From: Mycolicibacterium smegmatis
GTDB taxonomy: Bacteria; Actinomycetota; Actinomycetes; Mycobacteriales; Mycobacteriaceae
Assembly: GCF_001457595.1 (NCBI RefSeq)
Contig: NZ_LN831039.1
Location: forward strand, 4,050,001 to 4,082,000
Length of the DNA stretch: 32,000 bases
Direction of reading: 5' to 3'
A program made the translations under genes and the position numbers. This document shows, piece after piece, positions 1 through 11,897 of the stretch (positions within the stretch are counted from its first letter, which is position 1; each line of letters begins with the position of its first letter). Under the pieces are notes generated by a model. It was not told where the DNA came from. It did not search any database and saw only the letters and a list, made by a program, of their open reading frames with translations.

Positions 1-452
1 GGCCGCTCGATGAGCGGGACGCCGTGACGACGGGCGAACGCGCCGAAGAACGCGCGTGATGCGGCGTTACCCGGGGACACGGTGGCCTCCACTGTGATCG
101 GTCGCCCACCGCGATCGGAGCGCACGCGCTGCACCAGATCGTCGATCATCGCGCTGGCCAGCCCTGTGCCCTGCGCGCTGGGCGCCACCGCGACCTGCCA
201 GACGAACAACACGTCCGGCCGTGGCGGCGGGTGGTAACCAGTGATGAAACCCTGCAGGTCACCATCACATTCGGCGACGATCGACGTCGCGGAAAAATCC
301 GTCGCCAGCAAAAGATAGGCGTAAGTGGAATTCAGATCGAGCACTTCCGTGGCCTCCGCGATGTCACGGATGCCGATTGCGTCGTCGCCCTGCGGCGGAC
401 GCAAATTCAGGGTCCGGGATTTGCGCCCCGGCGCGCTTTCCAGAACATGCAT
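1..452 (-). CDS. ectA: L-2,4-diaminobutyrate acetyltransferase EctA (ectoine biosynthesis), C-terminus truncated by window edge
   Basis: Reverse-strand translation MHVLESAPGRKSRTLNLRPPQGDDAIGIRDIAEATEVLDLNSTYAYLLLATDFSATSIVAECDGDLQGFITGYHPPPRPDVLFVWQVAVAPSAQGTGLASAMIDDL... has the EctA-type GNAT signature (RPDVLFVWQVAV..ArGxGLA). Not in the supplied ORF track because it runs off the edge. Confidence 0.85.
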   Translation of the reverse strand, partial: MHVLESAPGRKSRTLNLRPPQGDDAIGIRDIAEATEVLDLNSTYAYLLLATDFSATSIVAECDGDLQGFITGYHPPPRPDVLFVWQVAVAPSAQGTGLASAMIDDLVQRVRSDRGGRPITVEATVSPGNAASRAFFGAFARRHGVPLIER

Positions 453-1419
453 ATCGAGTTGAAACTCACCACCGAACAGTTAGCGAACATCGTCAGTACA
501 AGTCATCGGTGCCATGAACCGTAATCACATCGGGACAGCAGGATCAACCACCCCAAACGCGTTCCTCGGCGGAATCCGCGTCGCCACATGATGTTTGATC
601 TGCGGTTATGTCGCGTTTCCACGCGCGGTGAACAAGATCGCCGTCGTTATCGAATCGTTATATTCGCACGACCGTACTACTTCTGGACGCCCGCCGGATA
701 TCGTGGGATTTGTCACCGAAAAGCGCCGGGCAACGGTGTTTGACGTTGCGCTGCGGGGGTATGAGCCAGCACCGCGAGCGTGCGTGTCTGCTGCTGAAAA
801 TACGGCGCGTCGGCAACATTTTGCGCACGCTCGCGGCCGATGAGAGTGCGCGATCATCGCGATTTTCGACAGCGTCAGAATTTGCCGACGAGGGTGAGGG
901 CGACGTTGCCCGAATGACGTGTCAGTGTCGCGAGCTCCACGCGCACGCAGATTCGCTCGTGACACGGGCATCCCCGACGGGTCGCACCCTGGGATGGGAT
1001 ACGTTGGGCGACCGGGTGTTTCGTGAGCGGTGGGGAGGACGGAATCACGGGCGCACCCGGATACCCCGGTCTTTCCGGTGAGGCAGGCAACGCCATGGCC
1101 GGACGCGCAGTGGCCGGCTCACGGCCACCCGGTGCCGAATCTGGCCGCGTTCGACGCGGCTCCTGGACGGCTCACGGGACGAGCGCACGCTGCGCGCGCT
1201 ACCAACCCGGACCCAGCGCGATGGCCCTGAGACACGTCAGCGCCGGCGCGATCGCCATGGTCGACGCCGACGGACTCGCGGTCGCGAAGCTTGCTCGTCG
1301 GGCAGTTCATCGAGAACTTGGACCGCCTTGCCTTGAATAGCCCACGAGCGTGCGCGAACTGCTGACGAATCCCGGCGTGCCGGGCAGCAGACGCGCACGC
1401 TCGTGGTGCAGCGCGGGTC

Positions 1420-3261
1420 CTACAGGTACTGGCCCAGGTTGCTCTCGGTGTCGATGGCGCGGCTGGCGCTCGACGACTTGCCGGTGACGAGCGTGCGGAT
1501 GTAGACGATCCGCTCGCCCTTCTTGCCCGAGATCCGGGCCCAGTCATCGGGATTGGTCGTGTTGGGCAGGTCCTCGTTCTCGGCGAACTCGTCGACGATC
1601 GAGTCCAGCAGGTGCTGGATCCGCAGACCCTTCTGACCGGTCTCCAGCACCGACTTGATCGCGTACTTCTTGGCCCGGTCGACGACGTTCTGGATCATCG
1701 CGCCCGAGTTGAAGTCCTTGAAGTACATGACCTCTTTGTCGCCGTTGGCGTAGGTCACCTCGAGGAACCGGTTGTCGTCGATCTCGGCGTACATCCGGTC
1801 GACGACCTTCTCGATCATCGCCTTGATGCACAGCGCACGGTCACCGTTGAACTCCGTGAGATCGTCGGCGTGCACCGGCAGGTCCTCGGTGAGGTACTTG
1901 CTGAAGATGTCCTGCGCGGCCTCAGCATCCGGACGCTCGATCTTGATCTTGACGTCCAGGCGGCCGGGCCGCAGGATCGCCGGATCGATCATGTCCTCGC
2001 GGTTGGAGGCGCCGATCACGATGACGTTCTCCAGGCCCTCGACACCGTCGATCTCCGAAAGGAGCTGCGGCACAACCGTCGTCTCCACATCGGAGCTCAC
2101 GCCGGTGCCGCGGGTACGGAAGATCGAGTCCATCTCGTCGAAGAACACGATCACCGGGGTGCCCTCGGAGGCCTTCTCGCGTGCACGCTGGAAGATCAGC
2201 CGGATGTGACGCTCGGTCTCACCGACGAACTTGTTCAGCAGCTCGGGGCCCTTGATGTTGAGGAAGTAGCTCTTGGCCTCGCGGGCGTCGTCGCCGCGGA
2301 CCTCAGCCATCTTCTTCGCCAGCGAATTGGCCACGGCCTTGGCGATCAGCGTCTTACCGCAACCTGGCGGGCCGTAGAGCAGCACACCCTTGGGCGGACG
2401 CAGCGAGTACTCCTTGTACAGGTCCTTGTGCAGGAACGGCAGCTCGACCGCGTCGCGGATCTGCTCGATCTGCCGGCCCAGGCCGCCGATGTCGTTGTAG
2501 CTGACGTCGGGCACCTCTTCGAGCACGAGGTCCTCGACCTCGGCCTTGGGGATGCGCTCGAACGCGTACCCGGCCTTGGTGTCGACCAGCAGCGAGTCGC
2601 CCGGGCGCAGCTTGCGCGGCCGGCTGTCGTCGAAGTAGTCGGTGGGCTCGTCGGGCAGGTCCTTGGCCGCCACGAGGGGCTCTGCCAGCCAGACGATGCG
2701 CTCTTCGTCGGCATGGCCCACCACGAGTGCGCGGTGGCCGTCGGCCAGGATCTCGCGAAGCGTGCTGATCTCACCCACGGCCTCGAAGTTGCCGGCCTCG
2801 ACCACGGTCAGCGCCTCGTTGAGGCGGACGGTCTGGCCCTGCTTGAGCTCCTTGACCTCGATGTTGGGTGAGCAAGTCAGCCGCATCTTGCGGCCCGACG
2901 TGAACACGTCGACCGTGTCGTCGTCGTGCGTCGCGAGCAGCACGCCGTAACCGCTCGGCGGCTGACCGAGGCGGTCGACCTCCTCACGCAGGGCGAGCAG
3001 CTGCTGGCGGGCTTCCTTGAGGGTGTCCATCAACTTGGCATTGCGGGCCGCAAGGGAGTCGATCCGCGCTTCGAGCTGATGTACGTCGCGGGCACTTCGC
3101 AAACCACTCTGCGGTCCCACCGCGTTTTCCAACTGCTCGCGCAGCATCGCGGCCTCCCGGCGTAATGCCTCCAGCTCGGCGGCATCTTCGCTGGAGAGGG
3201 AAGCTGACCCCGCTCCGGCGAAACCCTCGGGAAAACCTTCCGAACGCTCTGACTCACTCAT
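1420..3261 (-). CDS. mpa: Mycobacterial proteasome-associated AAA+ ATPase Mpa/ARC
   Basis: Coiled-coil N-terminus ([13 protein letters not shown]...[24 protein letters not shown]), Walker [14 protein letters not shown], Walker [11 protein letters not shown], and C-terminal ...NLGQYL with the penultimate Tyr typical of Mpa. ATG at 3261 preferred over the upstream ATG at 3285. Confidence 0.97.
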   Translation of the reverse strand: MSESERSEGFPEGFAGAGSASLSSEDAAELEALRREAAMLREQLENAVGPQSGLRSARDVHQLEARIDSLAARNAKLMDTLKEARQQLLALREEVDRLGQPPSGYGVLLATHDDDTVDVFTSGRKMRLTCSPNIEVKELKQGQTVRLNEALTVVEAGNFEAVGEISTLREILADGHRALVVGHADEERIVWLAEPLVAAKDLPDEPTDYFDDSRPRKLRPGDSLLVDTKAGYAFERIPKAEVEDLVLEEVPDVSYNDIGGLGRQIEQIRDAVELPFLHKDLYKEYSLRPPKGVLLYGPPGCGKTLIAKAVANSLAKKMAEVRGDDAREAKSYFLNIKGPELLNKFVGETERHIRLIFQRAREKASEGTPVIVFFDEMDSIFRTRGTGVSSDVETTVVPQLLSEIDGVEGLENVIVIGASNREDMIDPAILRPGRLDVKIKIERPDAEAAQDIFSKYLTEDLPVHADDLTEFNGDRALCIKAMIEKVVDRMYAEIDDNRFLEVTYANGDKEVMYFKDFNSGAMIQNVVDRAKKYAIKSVLETGQKGLRIQHLLDSIVDEFAENEDLPNTTNPDDWARISGKKGERIVYIRTLVTGKSSSASRAIDTESNLGQYL

Positions 3262-3406
3262 ATTGCGCTCCCTCCCGCACCGCAAGTTGGTGCAGTAACA
3301 ACTTCAACGCTACCGGCGATTCAGCCTTTGTGTGTGGTCTAGGAACTCGACACACCAGCACCGCTGTTAACCTCTCTGTTCAGTAGGTCCGATCGAAAGG
3401 ACAGTC

Positions 3407-3910
3407 GTGACCCCGAAATCCCTCGTTACCGGCTTCATCACCGCAGCTGCAGCGGCCGCTGTGGTGAGCGGCGCAGCGGCGGGTGTGACTTCCATTGCAT
3501 CCAGCGGTATGTCGACGTCACCGGCAATTCAGCCGGTCGTGTTCGGCGCGCCGCTGCCCCAGCAGCCGGCTCCTGAGCTCGAAGCCCCGCTGATCCAGAC
3601 GTTGCAGGCACTCGCCTCCGGCGGATCGTTCAGCGGAAAGGCGCCCTACATCCAGGGCGGCATCGGGCGTGTCGAGAGCATCGCCGCCGACCGCGCGTAC
3701 AACCGTGCCGCGGCCGACGGCAAGTTCCCGCTGACGTTCACCGTGAACAACGTCGACCAGCAGGGCCCGGTGGCCTACGCCGACGTGACGGCGACGGCCG
3801 CGACCGGTGGCACCGCCACCCAGAACATCCAGTTCGTGGCGGGCCCCAGCCCGACCGGTTGGCAGATCTCGAAGGGATCGGCCCTGTCGCTGCTGTCGTC
3901 TGTCGGCTGA
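3407..3910 (+). CDS. Low molecular weight antigen Mtb12 (CFP-2)-like secreted protein
   Basis: Signal peptide-like N-terminus, then AIQPVVFGAPLP...IQGGIGRVESIAADRAYNRAAADGKFPLTFTVNNV...QNIQFV...GWQISKGSALSLLSSVG, matching the Mtb12 family pattern. Confidence 0.88.
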   Translation: MTPKSLVTGFITAAAAAAVVSGAAAGVTSIASSGMSTSPAIQPVVFGAPLPQQPAPELEAPLIQTLQALASGGSFSGKAPYIQGGIGRVESIAADRAYNRAAADGKFPLTFTVNNVDQQGPVAYADVTATAATGGTATQNIQFVAGPSPTGWQISKGSALSLLSSVG

Positions 3911-3918
3911 GGCGGTCG

Positions 3919-4482
3919 TTGAACCGGAACCGAATCGCAGTCCTGAGTGCCGCCACGGTCACCGTGGCGGCACTCGGGCTATCGGGATGCGGTGGCGACG
4001 ACCGGCAGGCCGACAAGCCCGTCACGGTGCCGTCGACGTCGGCGGTCGTGACCACGCCCGCTCCGCCGCCCGCGCACCCACTGCCGGCCCCGGAGGCGCT
4101 CACCGGGGTGCTGTACCGCCTGGCCGACGTCAACGTGCCCGGCGCCGAGAAGGTCGGGCTGGTCGAGCAGGCCACCCCGGACGACGCCGAGGCCCTCGAC
4201 AAGTTCGGGCGGGCGTTGGCCGACAACGGCTTCACGCCGCTGAATTTCGAAGCCACCGACCTGGCGTGGTCGGAGAACGACTCCGGCAACGTCATCGCGA
4301 CCATCCACGTGACCGCCGGCGAGGGCGATGCGCCCGGGCAGTTCACATTCCCGATGGAGTTCACGCCGAAGGGCCCCGACTGGCAGTTGACGCGCAATAC
4401 CGCCGACATGCTGCTGGAGATGGGTGCCGCGGCCGGTGGCGGGCAGTCTGAGCCGGCAACGACGCCGACGCCGACGCCCTGA
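3919..4482 (+). CDS. lppK: Lipoprotein LppK homolog (Mtb12-like fold family)
   Basis: TTG start gives MNRNRIAVLSAATVTVAALGLSGCGG: signal peptide plus lipobox LSGC. Syntenic with the mpa-lppK order in mycobacteria; C-terminal half resembles Mtb12. Confidence 0.82.
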   Translation: MNRNRIAVLSAATVTVAALGLSGCGGDDRQADKPVTVPSTSAVVTTPAPPPAHPLPAPEALTGVLYRLADVNVPGAEKVGLVEQATPDDAEALDKFGRALADNGFTPLNFEATDLAWSENDSGNVIATIHVTAGEGDAPGQFTFPMEFTPKGPDWQLTRNTADMLLEMGAAAGGGQSEPATTPTPTP

Positions 4483-4487
4483 AGCCC

Positions 4488-4781
4488 ATGTGGATCGGGT
4501 GGCTGGAGTGCGATGTGCTGCTCGGTGATGTGCGCTCGCTCAAGCAGAAGCGCTCGCTGATCCGGCCGGTGATCGCCGAGCTGCGACGCAAACTCGCCGT
4601 GTCGGCGGCCGAGACCGGCATGCAGGATCTGCTCCGTCGTTCCAACATCGGGGTCGCGGTCGTGTCGGCCGACCACTCACACGTCGTGGATCTGCTCGAC
4701 GCGGCCGAACGCATGGTGGCCGCGCACCCCGAGCTCGAGTTGTTGTCGACGCGGCGCGGTCTGCACCGCAGCGACGACTAG
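4488..4781 (+). CDS. DUF503 family protein (Rv2117-like)
   Basis: MWIGWLECDVLLGDVRSLKQKRSLIRPVIAELRRKLAVSAAETG...RRSNIGVAVVSAD is the DUF503 signature. Confidence 0.88.
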   Translation: MWIGWLECDVLLGDVRSLKQKRSLIRPVIAELRRKLAVSAAETGMQDLLRRSNIGVAVVSADHSHVVDLLDAAERMVAAHPELELLSTRRGLHRSDD

Positions 4782-4786
4782 CAGAT

Positions 4787-6590
<1,804 letters not shown>

Positions 6591-6594
<4 letters not shown>

Positions 6595-7388
6595 TCGGTT
6601 GCCACTACCGGCGTCTGGGCACGGATGGCCAGTTCCAGCTGTTCGAGTCGACACCGGACACCCGCAGCAACTGGGACGAGAGCATCCAGCACGGCTCGCC
6701 ACCGCTCGCGCTGCTGACCAAGGCCATCGAGGAACTCATGGCAGGCTCCGGGCTGCGCGTCGGCCGCCTGACGCTCGACATCCTTGGCGCCATTCCAGTT
6801 GCGCCCGTGCGGGTTCGGACGTGGGTGGAGCGGCCCGGTTCCCGCATCTCGCTCGCGGTCGCGGAGATGGCCGCGGCTCGGCCCGACGGTGAATGGCGCG
6901 CCGTGGCCAAGGTCAGCGCCTGGCTGCTGGCCACCGGTGACACCAGCGACGTCACGACCGACCGGCACCCACCGCTGGTCGAGGGTGAGCCCGCCGACGT
7001 CCCGCACAACTGGGTGGGCGCGCCCGGATATCTCGACACCGTCACCTGGCGGCGCCAGGCGACGCCCGAAGGCGCGTCGGCCGAGGTGTGGATGAGCCCG
7101 CTCACCCCTGTGGTCGACGACGAGGAGACGACGGCACTGCAGCGGTTGGCGCTGGTGGTCGACTCGGCCAACGGCGTCGGTGCGGCACTGGATCCGAAAG
7201 AATTCATCTTCATGAACACCGACACCACCGTTCATCTGCACCGTCTGCCCGAGGGTTCCGATTTCGCGGTCCGCGCCCGCGGTTCGATCGGCCCGGACGG
7301 CATCGGGGTGACCACGGCAGAGATCTTCGACCGCAAGGGTTTCATCGGGACCTCCGCCCAGACCCTGCTGGTCATGCGCGCGCCGTGA
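6591..7388 (+). CDS. Acyl-CoA thioesterase-like (TesB/hotdog) domain protein
   Basis: Overlaps the previous stop by 4 nt (ATGA); QHGSPPLALLTKAIEEL...RVGRLTLDILGAIPVAPVRVRTWVERPGSRISLAVAEM is a hotdog-thioesterase pattern. Confidence 0.75.
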
Positions 7389-7891
7389 TCGAGCAGATCC
7401 GGCGCCAGTTCGACCTCGCGTGGGCCTTGGCCGACCTGCACCTCGCGGCGCTCGATGACGACGATCTCTTCTGGGAGCCTGCCCCTTTGATGTGGACGGT
7501 GCATCGCGACGAGTGCGGACGTTGGTGGCCCGACTGGAGGGACACCGAGCCCGATCCCATTCCCGTCCCGACGATCGCGTGGACGACGTGGCACGTGATC
7601 TTCTGGTGGTCGACGGCCCTGGCGCACGTTCGCGGTCTCACGCCACCGGAGCGCACGTCGATCTCCTGGCCCGGATTCGAGGGCGCCGTCGCACGGATCC
7701 GGGAGCTCGGCGAGCAGTGGCGTGGTCTGCTCGCGACGTTGTCCGACGCGGATCTCGCTGCGCCCGCTACGTTTCCGTGGGGTGAGGAATCAGGCCACAC
7801 CGTTGCCGACACCGTGCTGTGGCTCAACGTTGAGCTCACCAAGAACGCGGCCGAGATCGGTCAGCTGCGGATGCTGCGTGCCGCTCACTGA
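7385..7891 (+). CDS. DinB superfamily protein
   Basis: GTG start overlapping the previous stop; PTIAWTTWHVIFWWSTALAHVRGL...SGHTVADTVLWLNVELTKNAAEIGQLRML resembles DinB four-helix proteins with conserved His. Confidence 0.75.
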   Translation: MIEQIRRQFDLAWALADLHLAALDDDDLFWEPAPLMWTVHRDECGRWWPDWRDTEPDPIPVPTIAWTTWHVIFWWSTALAHVRGLTPPERTSISWPGFEGAVARIRELGEQWRGLLATLSDADLAAPATFPWGEESGHTVADTVLWLNVELTKNAAEIGQLRMLRAAH

Positions 7892-8423
7892 CGCTCGGGT
7901 GTGAGCCGCAGTACCGGGATCTCACGGATTCCCTTGGTGTGCGCGCGGCATATGAGCTGAAGTTCGACGCGTACTGCTCAGCGAGCGCGTACAAGCGGTC
8001 GTGGTCGGAACCCTCGGTGGGCCGCGCGACGAACGTGCCGCCGCTGTTCGGGTTCCCCTCGGCGAACAACTGGCACCGCGGGTTCGCGATCAGGTTGTGG
8101 TACCACGCCGGGTGTTTGGTCTGCCCGTAATTGGAGGCGATCAGCACGACGTCGTCTCCGTCGGTGAAATACGCGAGGGTCACCTCCCGCTCTACACCGG
8201 ATTTCGCCCCCTTGGTGCGCAGCAGCACCAGCGGCATGACGCCCCGACCGAAGTGCACGCGCCCGCCGGTCAGGTGCATGAGCCGTTTGTCTGCGGGCGC
8301 CATGAGGTGGCGGTGCAGTGCCGAGCCCAGTTCCGTCGACAGGATCCAGCCCGCCGCTCGCCGCATCAGCGTCGGCTTACGCGTCGGATCCACGCGGGGT
8401 ATGCCGTTCAACAGGTCGGCCAT
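7885..8423 (-). pseudogene. Deazaflavin (F420)-dependent nitroreductase-family protein, apparently frameshifted near its 3' end
   Basis: N-terminal part MADLLNGIPRVDPTRKPTLMRRAAGWILST...VLLRTKGAKSGVEREVTLAYFTDGDDVVLIASNYGQTKHPAWYHNLIANPRCQLF is Ddn-like. The expected family C-terminus (TKGIREIPVLRLTPERQ*) lies in a different frame, ending at 7885; the uninterrupted ORF instead runs to 7836 over the DinB 3' end. Confidence 0.75.
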
Positions 8424-8485
8424 CGGCCGAATGCTACTCGGGTGGCACTGCCGCCAGCGCAGCTTTCACCCACGCGTCTGTGCGC

Positions 8486-8737
8486 TCACGCAAGCTGCAT
8501 CTGCTCGGTGCCGTGGGCAGCAGCCCACGCGACATTGGCGTGAGCCCAGCCCGCCGAAGCATCGGTCATGGCAAGGGTTTCGCTGACCTCGACGACCGTG
8601 CGCGGCGCAACCGCATAGCCGCCGAAGCGGCGCGGCGTGAGCATCCGGAAGAGGCCTGCCTGCGTCAGCGCGTCGATCACCTCATCGGGGCGACGTCGAT
8701 TGATGTCCCCGGCATGACGAGCCAACAGCGGCTGCAA
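8486..8737 (-). pseudogene. N-terminal remnant of an acyl-CoA-dehydrogenase-like flavin monooxygenase/hydroxylase
   Basis: RRRPDEVIDALTQAGLFRMLTPRRFGGYAVAPRTVVEVSETLAMTDASAGWAHANVAWAAAHG is a typical N-terminal segment of ~390-aa proteins but stops after 83 aa. Confidence 0.65.
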
Positions 8738-8781
8738 TGCCCTTGCCCTGCGACCAACTCGCCGCGGGTCACCGTGTCCCG

Positions 8782-9345
8782 TCAGAAGGCGACGCTCGCA
8801 CCGCCGTCGACCACGAAGTTGTGGCCGTTGACCATGCCTGCGCCCTCACCCGCAAGGTAGAGCACCGTCGAGGTGACGTCATCAAAGGTGGCCAAGCGGC
8901 GAGTGGGAATCCGCTCGATCACCTGCGCCCTCGCCGCGTCAGGCCACGTGGCCCGCGACATCGGTGTGTCGACGAGTGTCGGGGACGCGCAGTTCACCGT
9001 GACACCGTGCGGGCCCCATTCTGCGGCCAGAACACGGGACATCCCGAGGATGCCGGCCTTGGCCGCCGAGTAGGCAACGTGCCCGCCGATGCCCTGAATG
9101 GCGTTCTGGGATGCGATGTTGACGACTCTCCCCCATCCACGATCGACCATCCCGCGCCCGAATTCCCTGGTACACAGGAAAACTCCACGCAGGTTGGTGG
9201 CCATCGTCGTATCCCAGTCGGTGGTGGTGTATTCCGTAGCCGGCGCGAGCAGAGCAACCGCGGCGTTGTTGACCAACACATCCACCGAACCCAGTTCGGC
9301 GTCGATCTTCCGCGCGCCGTCGGAGATCGACGGCTCCGACGACAC
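8782..9345 (-). pseudogene. Short-chain dehydrogenase/reductase lacking its N-terminal Rossmann glycine motif (5'-truncated)
   Basis: LVNNAA, NLRGVFLCTREF, WGRVVNIAS, YSAAKAG and INGHNFVVDGG-type end are present, but the TGxxxGIG cofactor motif is absent and an in-frame TGA lies just upstream. Confidence 0.72.
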
Positions 9346-9391
9346 GTACCCCTCGACGAATAATCGCGCCCGTCACATCGTTGGGATCGAT

Positions 9392-10540
9392 GTGAACGTC
9401 TCCGTCCAAGGGCATTGCGACGCCCGATTCGACAAAGTCGCCGAGGCGCTGGGCCAGGCGATCGAGAGCGGCGACGAGGTCGGGGCCGCCATCGCCGTCG
9501 ACATCGACGGTGAACTCGTCGTCGACATCTGGGGTGGGTACGCCGACGCTGCCGGCACCCGGCCGTGGCGCGCGGACACCATCGTCAACGTGTGGTCCTC
9601 GACGAAGACCGTGACCGCGCTGGCCGGCCTCATGCTGATCGATCGCGGACTGATCGAACCCACGACGCCGGTCGCGCAGGTGTGGCCGGAGTTCGCCGCG
9701 AACGGCAAAGAGTCCGTGGAGTTTCGGCACCTGCTCAGCCACTCGTCGGGGTTGTCCGGCTGGGAGCGGATCGACCGCATCGAGGATCTCTACGACTGGG
9801 ATTTGTCGACGGCCAGGCTGGCCGCTCAGGCGCCGTGGTGGGAACCAGGATCGGCGTCGGGATACCACGCGATGACCTTCGGCCACCTCGTCGGCGAGGT
9901 GGTGCGACGCGTCACGGGTCGCACCCTCAAGCAGTTCGTCGCCGACGAGATCGCCGCACCGCTGAACGCCGACTTCCAGATCGGCGCACGGCCGCAGGAC
10001 GCGGAGCGCATCGCCGAGGTCGTCCCGGCCGACAACCCGATGGAGGGGCTTCCACCGGCGGAAACCTGGACCGAGCAGATGGTGAAAACCTTCGGCGGTT
10101 TCTTCCCCGATCCGGCGGCCGCCAACACCGACGCGTGGCGCGCGGCCGACTTCGGCGCGGTCAACGGGCACACTACTGCACGCGCGCTCGCGCGCATCCT
10201 GTCGTCGATCTCGTTGGGTGGCACGGTCGACGGAGTGCGCCTGCTGCGTCCCGAGACCGTGGAGAAGGTGTTCGAGGCGCAGATCGAGGGCCCTGACCTC
10301 GTCATCGCACGCCATCCGGTGAAGTGGGGCCTCGGATTCGGGTTACCGGAACCCACCACCCTTCCGCACATCCCGGACGGCAAGATCTGCCACTGGGGCG
10401 GATGGGGCGGTTCGTGGGAGACCATGAACCCCGACAAACGAGCCACCGTCGCCTACGTGATGAACAAGATGGGGTCGGGGCTGCTGGGTAGTGACCGTAC
10501 CGAACGCTATTTCACGCTCATCTACGACGCGTTACGCTGA
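9392..10540 (+). CDS. Serine hydrolase, beta-lactamase/EstB (penicillin-binding-like) family
   Basis: GTG start VNVSVQGHCDARFDKVAEALG; nucleophile motif SSTKTVTAL (SxxK) and second motif YHAMTFGHLVGEVV; conserved HWGGWGGSW near the C-terminus. Confidence 0.82.
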   Translation: MNVSVQGHCDARFDKVAEALGQAIESGDEVGAAIAVDIDGELVVDIWGGYADAAGTRPWRADTIVNVWSSTKTVTALAGLMLIDRGLIEPTTPVAQVWPEFAANGKESVEFRHLLSHSSGLSGWERIDRIEDLYDWDLSTARLAAQAPWWEPGSASGYHAMTFGHLVGEVVRRVTGRTLKQFVADEIAAPLNADFQIGARPQDAERIAEVVPADNPMEGLPPAETWTEQMVKTFGGFFPDPAAANTDAWRAADFGAVNGHTTARALARILSSISLGGTVDGVRLLRPETVEKVFEAQIEGPDLVIARHPVKWGLGFGLPEPTTLPHIPDGKICHWGGWGGSWETMNPDKRATVAYVMNKMGSGLLGSDRTERYFTLIYDALR

Positions 10541-11184
10541 TCAGCCGGCAAATCTCGTCGAAATCGACTGCTCGGGAACCTGATCCAGTTTCTCCGCGAC
10601 CAAATTCAGCTTGGCTTTCATTCCGCTCGACCGCGCCGGCCCCGAGACGGCAGCGACGTTTTCGGCGACCACAGGACTGGCGCTCGCGGCCGCCACAGCC
10701 GCGCCCGCCTGCCTGTGTCACTCCCGGCCTACCGGGGCGCGACTGCCGCCCCAAAGTTCATCAGCCGTTGCATCTGCGCCGGACCGTGCTCGCGACGTGA
10801 CTTTTGGAACAAAATCCAGGCTCCGACTGCCATCCTCGCCCACCGCGTATTCGGTGTAGAGAGTCTGGTCGAGCAGTTCGGACAGGTGCACAGTCCGCAC
10901 CGACGATTCGAGCGTGAGATGCGGCGGCATATTGTCGCTGCCCGCACAGTACACATCGCACCCATGCCACAGGATCAACCGGCGCCCATCGGTCACCGCC
11001 ACCTCTTGCCACAACGAGGTTCCCCAGTCGTATTCGATCGTGTTGTCACTGAGCACGAACGACGTGGCCGCATCAAGGTCGACAACACGTGCCAGGGCTT
11101 CGAGCGCGATGTCGGCATCGCGTGGCCGATCAGGACCGCATCCCGAAGGTGCTCATAGCGGGCCCAGTCGAATTTGTCAGACAT
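10541..11184 (-). pseudogene. Decayed hypothetical gene with coding-like sequence split over several frames
   Basis: MSDKFDWARYEHLRDAV (frame 1), then DRPRDADIALEALARVVDLDAATSFVLSDNTIEYDWGTSLWQEVAVTDGRRLILWHGCDVY...SLDFVPK (frame 2), then REHGPAQMQRLMNFGAAVAPR (another frame), then a distal segment ending at 10541. Confidence 0.45.
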
Positions 11185-11279
11185 GGGTCGCCATCAGCTT
11201 CCCGAACTGAAGGAGCCGCTCTCGACGGCGGCCGCTTCGCTTTCAAACACGTATGCTCGGCGCGGCTCAACGGCCGAAG

Positions 11280-11897
11280 TCAACTACCCAGCGGCCAGTT
11301 GACGGTAAAACCATGCCTAAGAACGAGTTCGGTCAGGACATCGAGGCGCTCAGCGAGCGGCCACAAGCGTATTCGGAACTGCTGGTGGGCGAAGAACGCG
11401 TAGTTGGCGGACTGTTGCGGAGTGGTGCGCGACCGGTAGACGATCGCGTCGAGGTCGGTCCACCAGCCGCGCGCGGCTTCGGCAAGACGTTGACAGGTGC
11501 CCCACACGGCGTCGTGTTGGCCGGTGCTGATCTGGTCGTCGACGTCGAGGGCGTCGAGGTTGCGCTCGGTGCGCAGGTCGAGTACGCGCATCGGGCGCCT
11601 GGTGACCAGCTCGCTCAGATAATGCCCAGCGTGGTCGGCGGGGATGACGAGCCCGGTGGCCCGGTAGCGCTCACGAAACGCCCCGACGAGATCCGCACCG
11701 GCATAACGGGTGCGGAAGGCCCCTGACGGCGGGTCGAAGCGGTGACGCGCTTCGGGGAAGCCATGCCAGTCCCACTCGTCGGGCGCGGCAGCTTCGACCC
11801 GCCACATCGTGGTGCCCGGCTGTACCGTTCGGCTCCGCAGCCCGCGGGGCCGGGTTGCGGGCAGCGGGTTGTGATAGCCGGGGAGGAGGTCAGGCAC
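11280..11897 (-). CDS. RES-domain protein, probable NAD+-degrading toxin of a type II TA module
   Basis: MWRVEAAAPDEWDWHGFPEARHRFDPPSGAFRTRYAGADLVGAFRERYR matches the RES pattern ([RY]RV...RFDPP..F.. LYAA....AF.E). GTG start at 11897 overlaps the upstream gene's stop. Confidence 0.75.
   Translation of the reverse strand: MPDLLPGYHNPLPATRPRGLRSRTVQPGTTMWRVEAAAPDEWDWHGFPEARHRFDPPSGAFRTRYAGADLVGAFRERYRATGLVIPADHAGHYLSELVTRRPMRVLDLRTERNLDALDVDDQISTGQHDAVWGTCQRLAEAARGWWTDLDAIVYRSRTTPQQSANYAFFAHQQFRIRLWPLAERLDVLTELVLRHGFTVNWPLGS

Noticed and set aside
600-1400. Several short ORFs between ectA and mpa, including one with a collagen-like GAPGYPGLSGEAG stretch
   Set aside because: Short, overlapping in many frames, no convincing start context or recognisable domain; may be intergenic or old gene remnant, not supportable as features.
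1612-2871. 419-aa + strand ORF opposite mpa
   Set aside because: Exact antisense of the highly conserved mpa AAA+ domain; high-GC codon bias produces long antisense frames and the product ([17 protein letters not shown]...) has no domain-like features.
8939-10315. 458-aa - strand ORF
   Set aside because: Antisense to the serine hydrolase gene and in another frame from the SDR remnant; His/Arg/Gly-rich mirror-frame translation.
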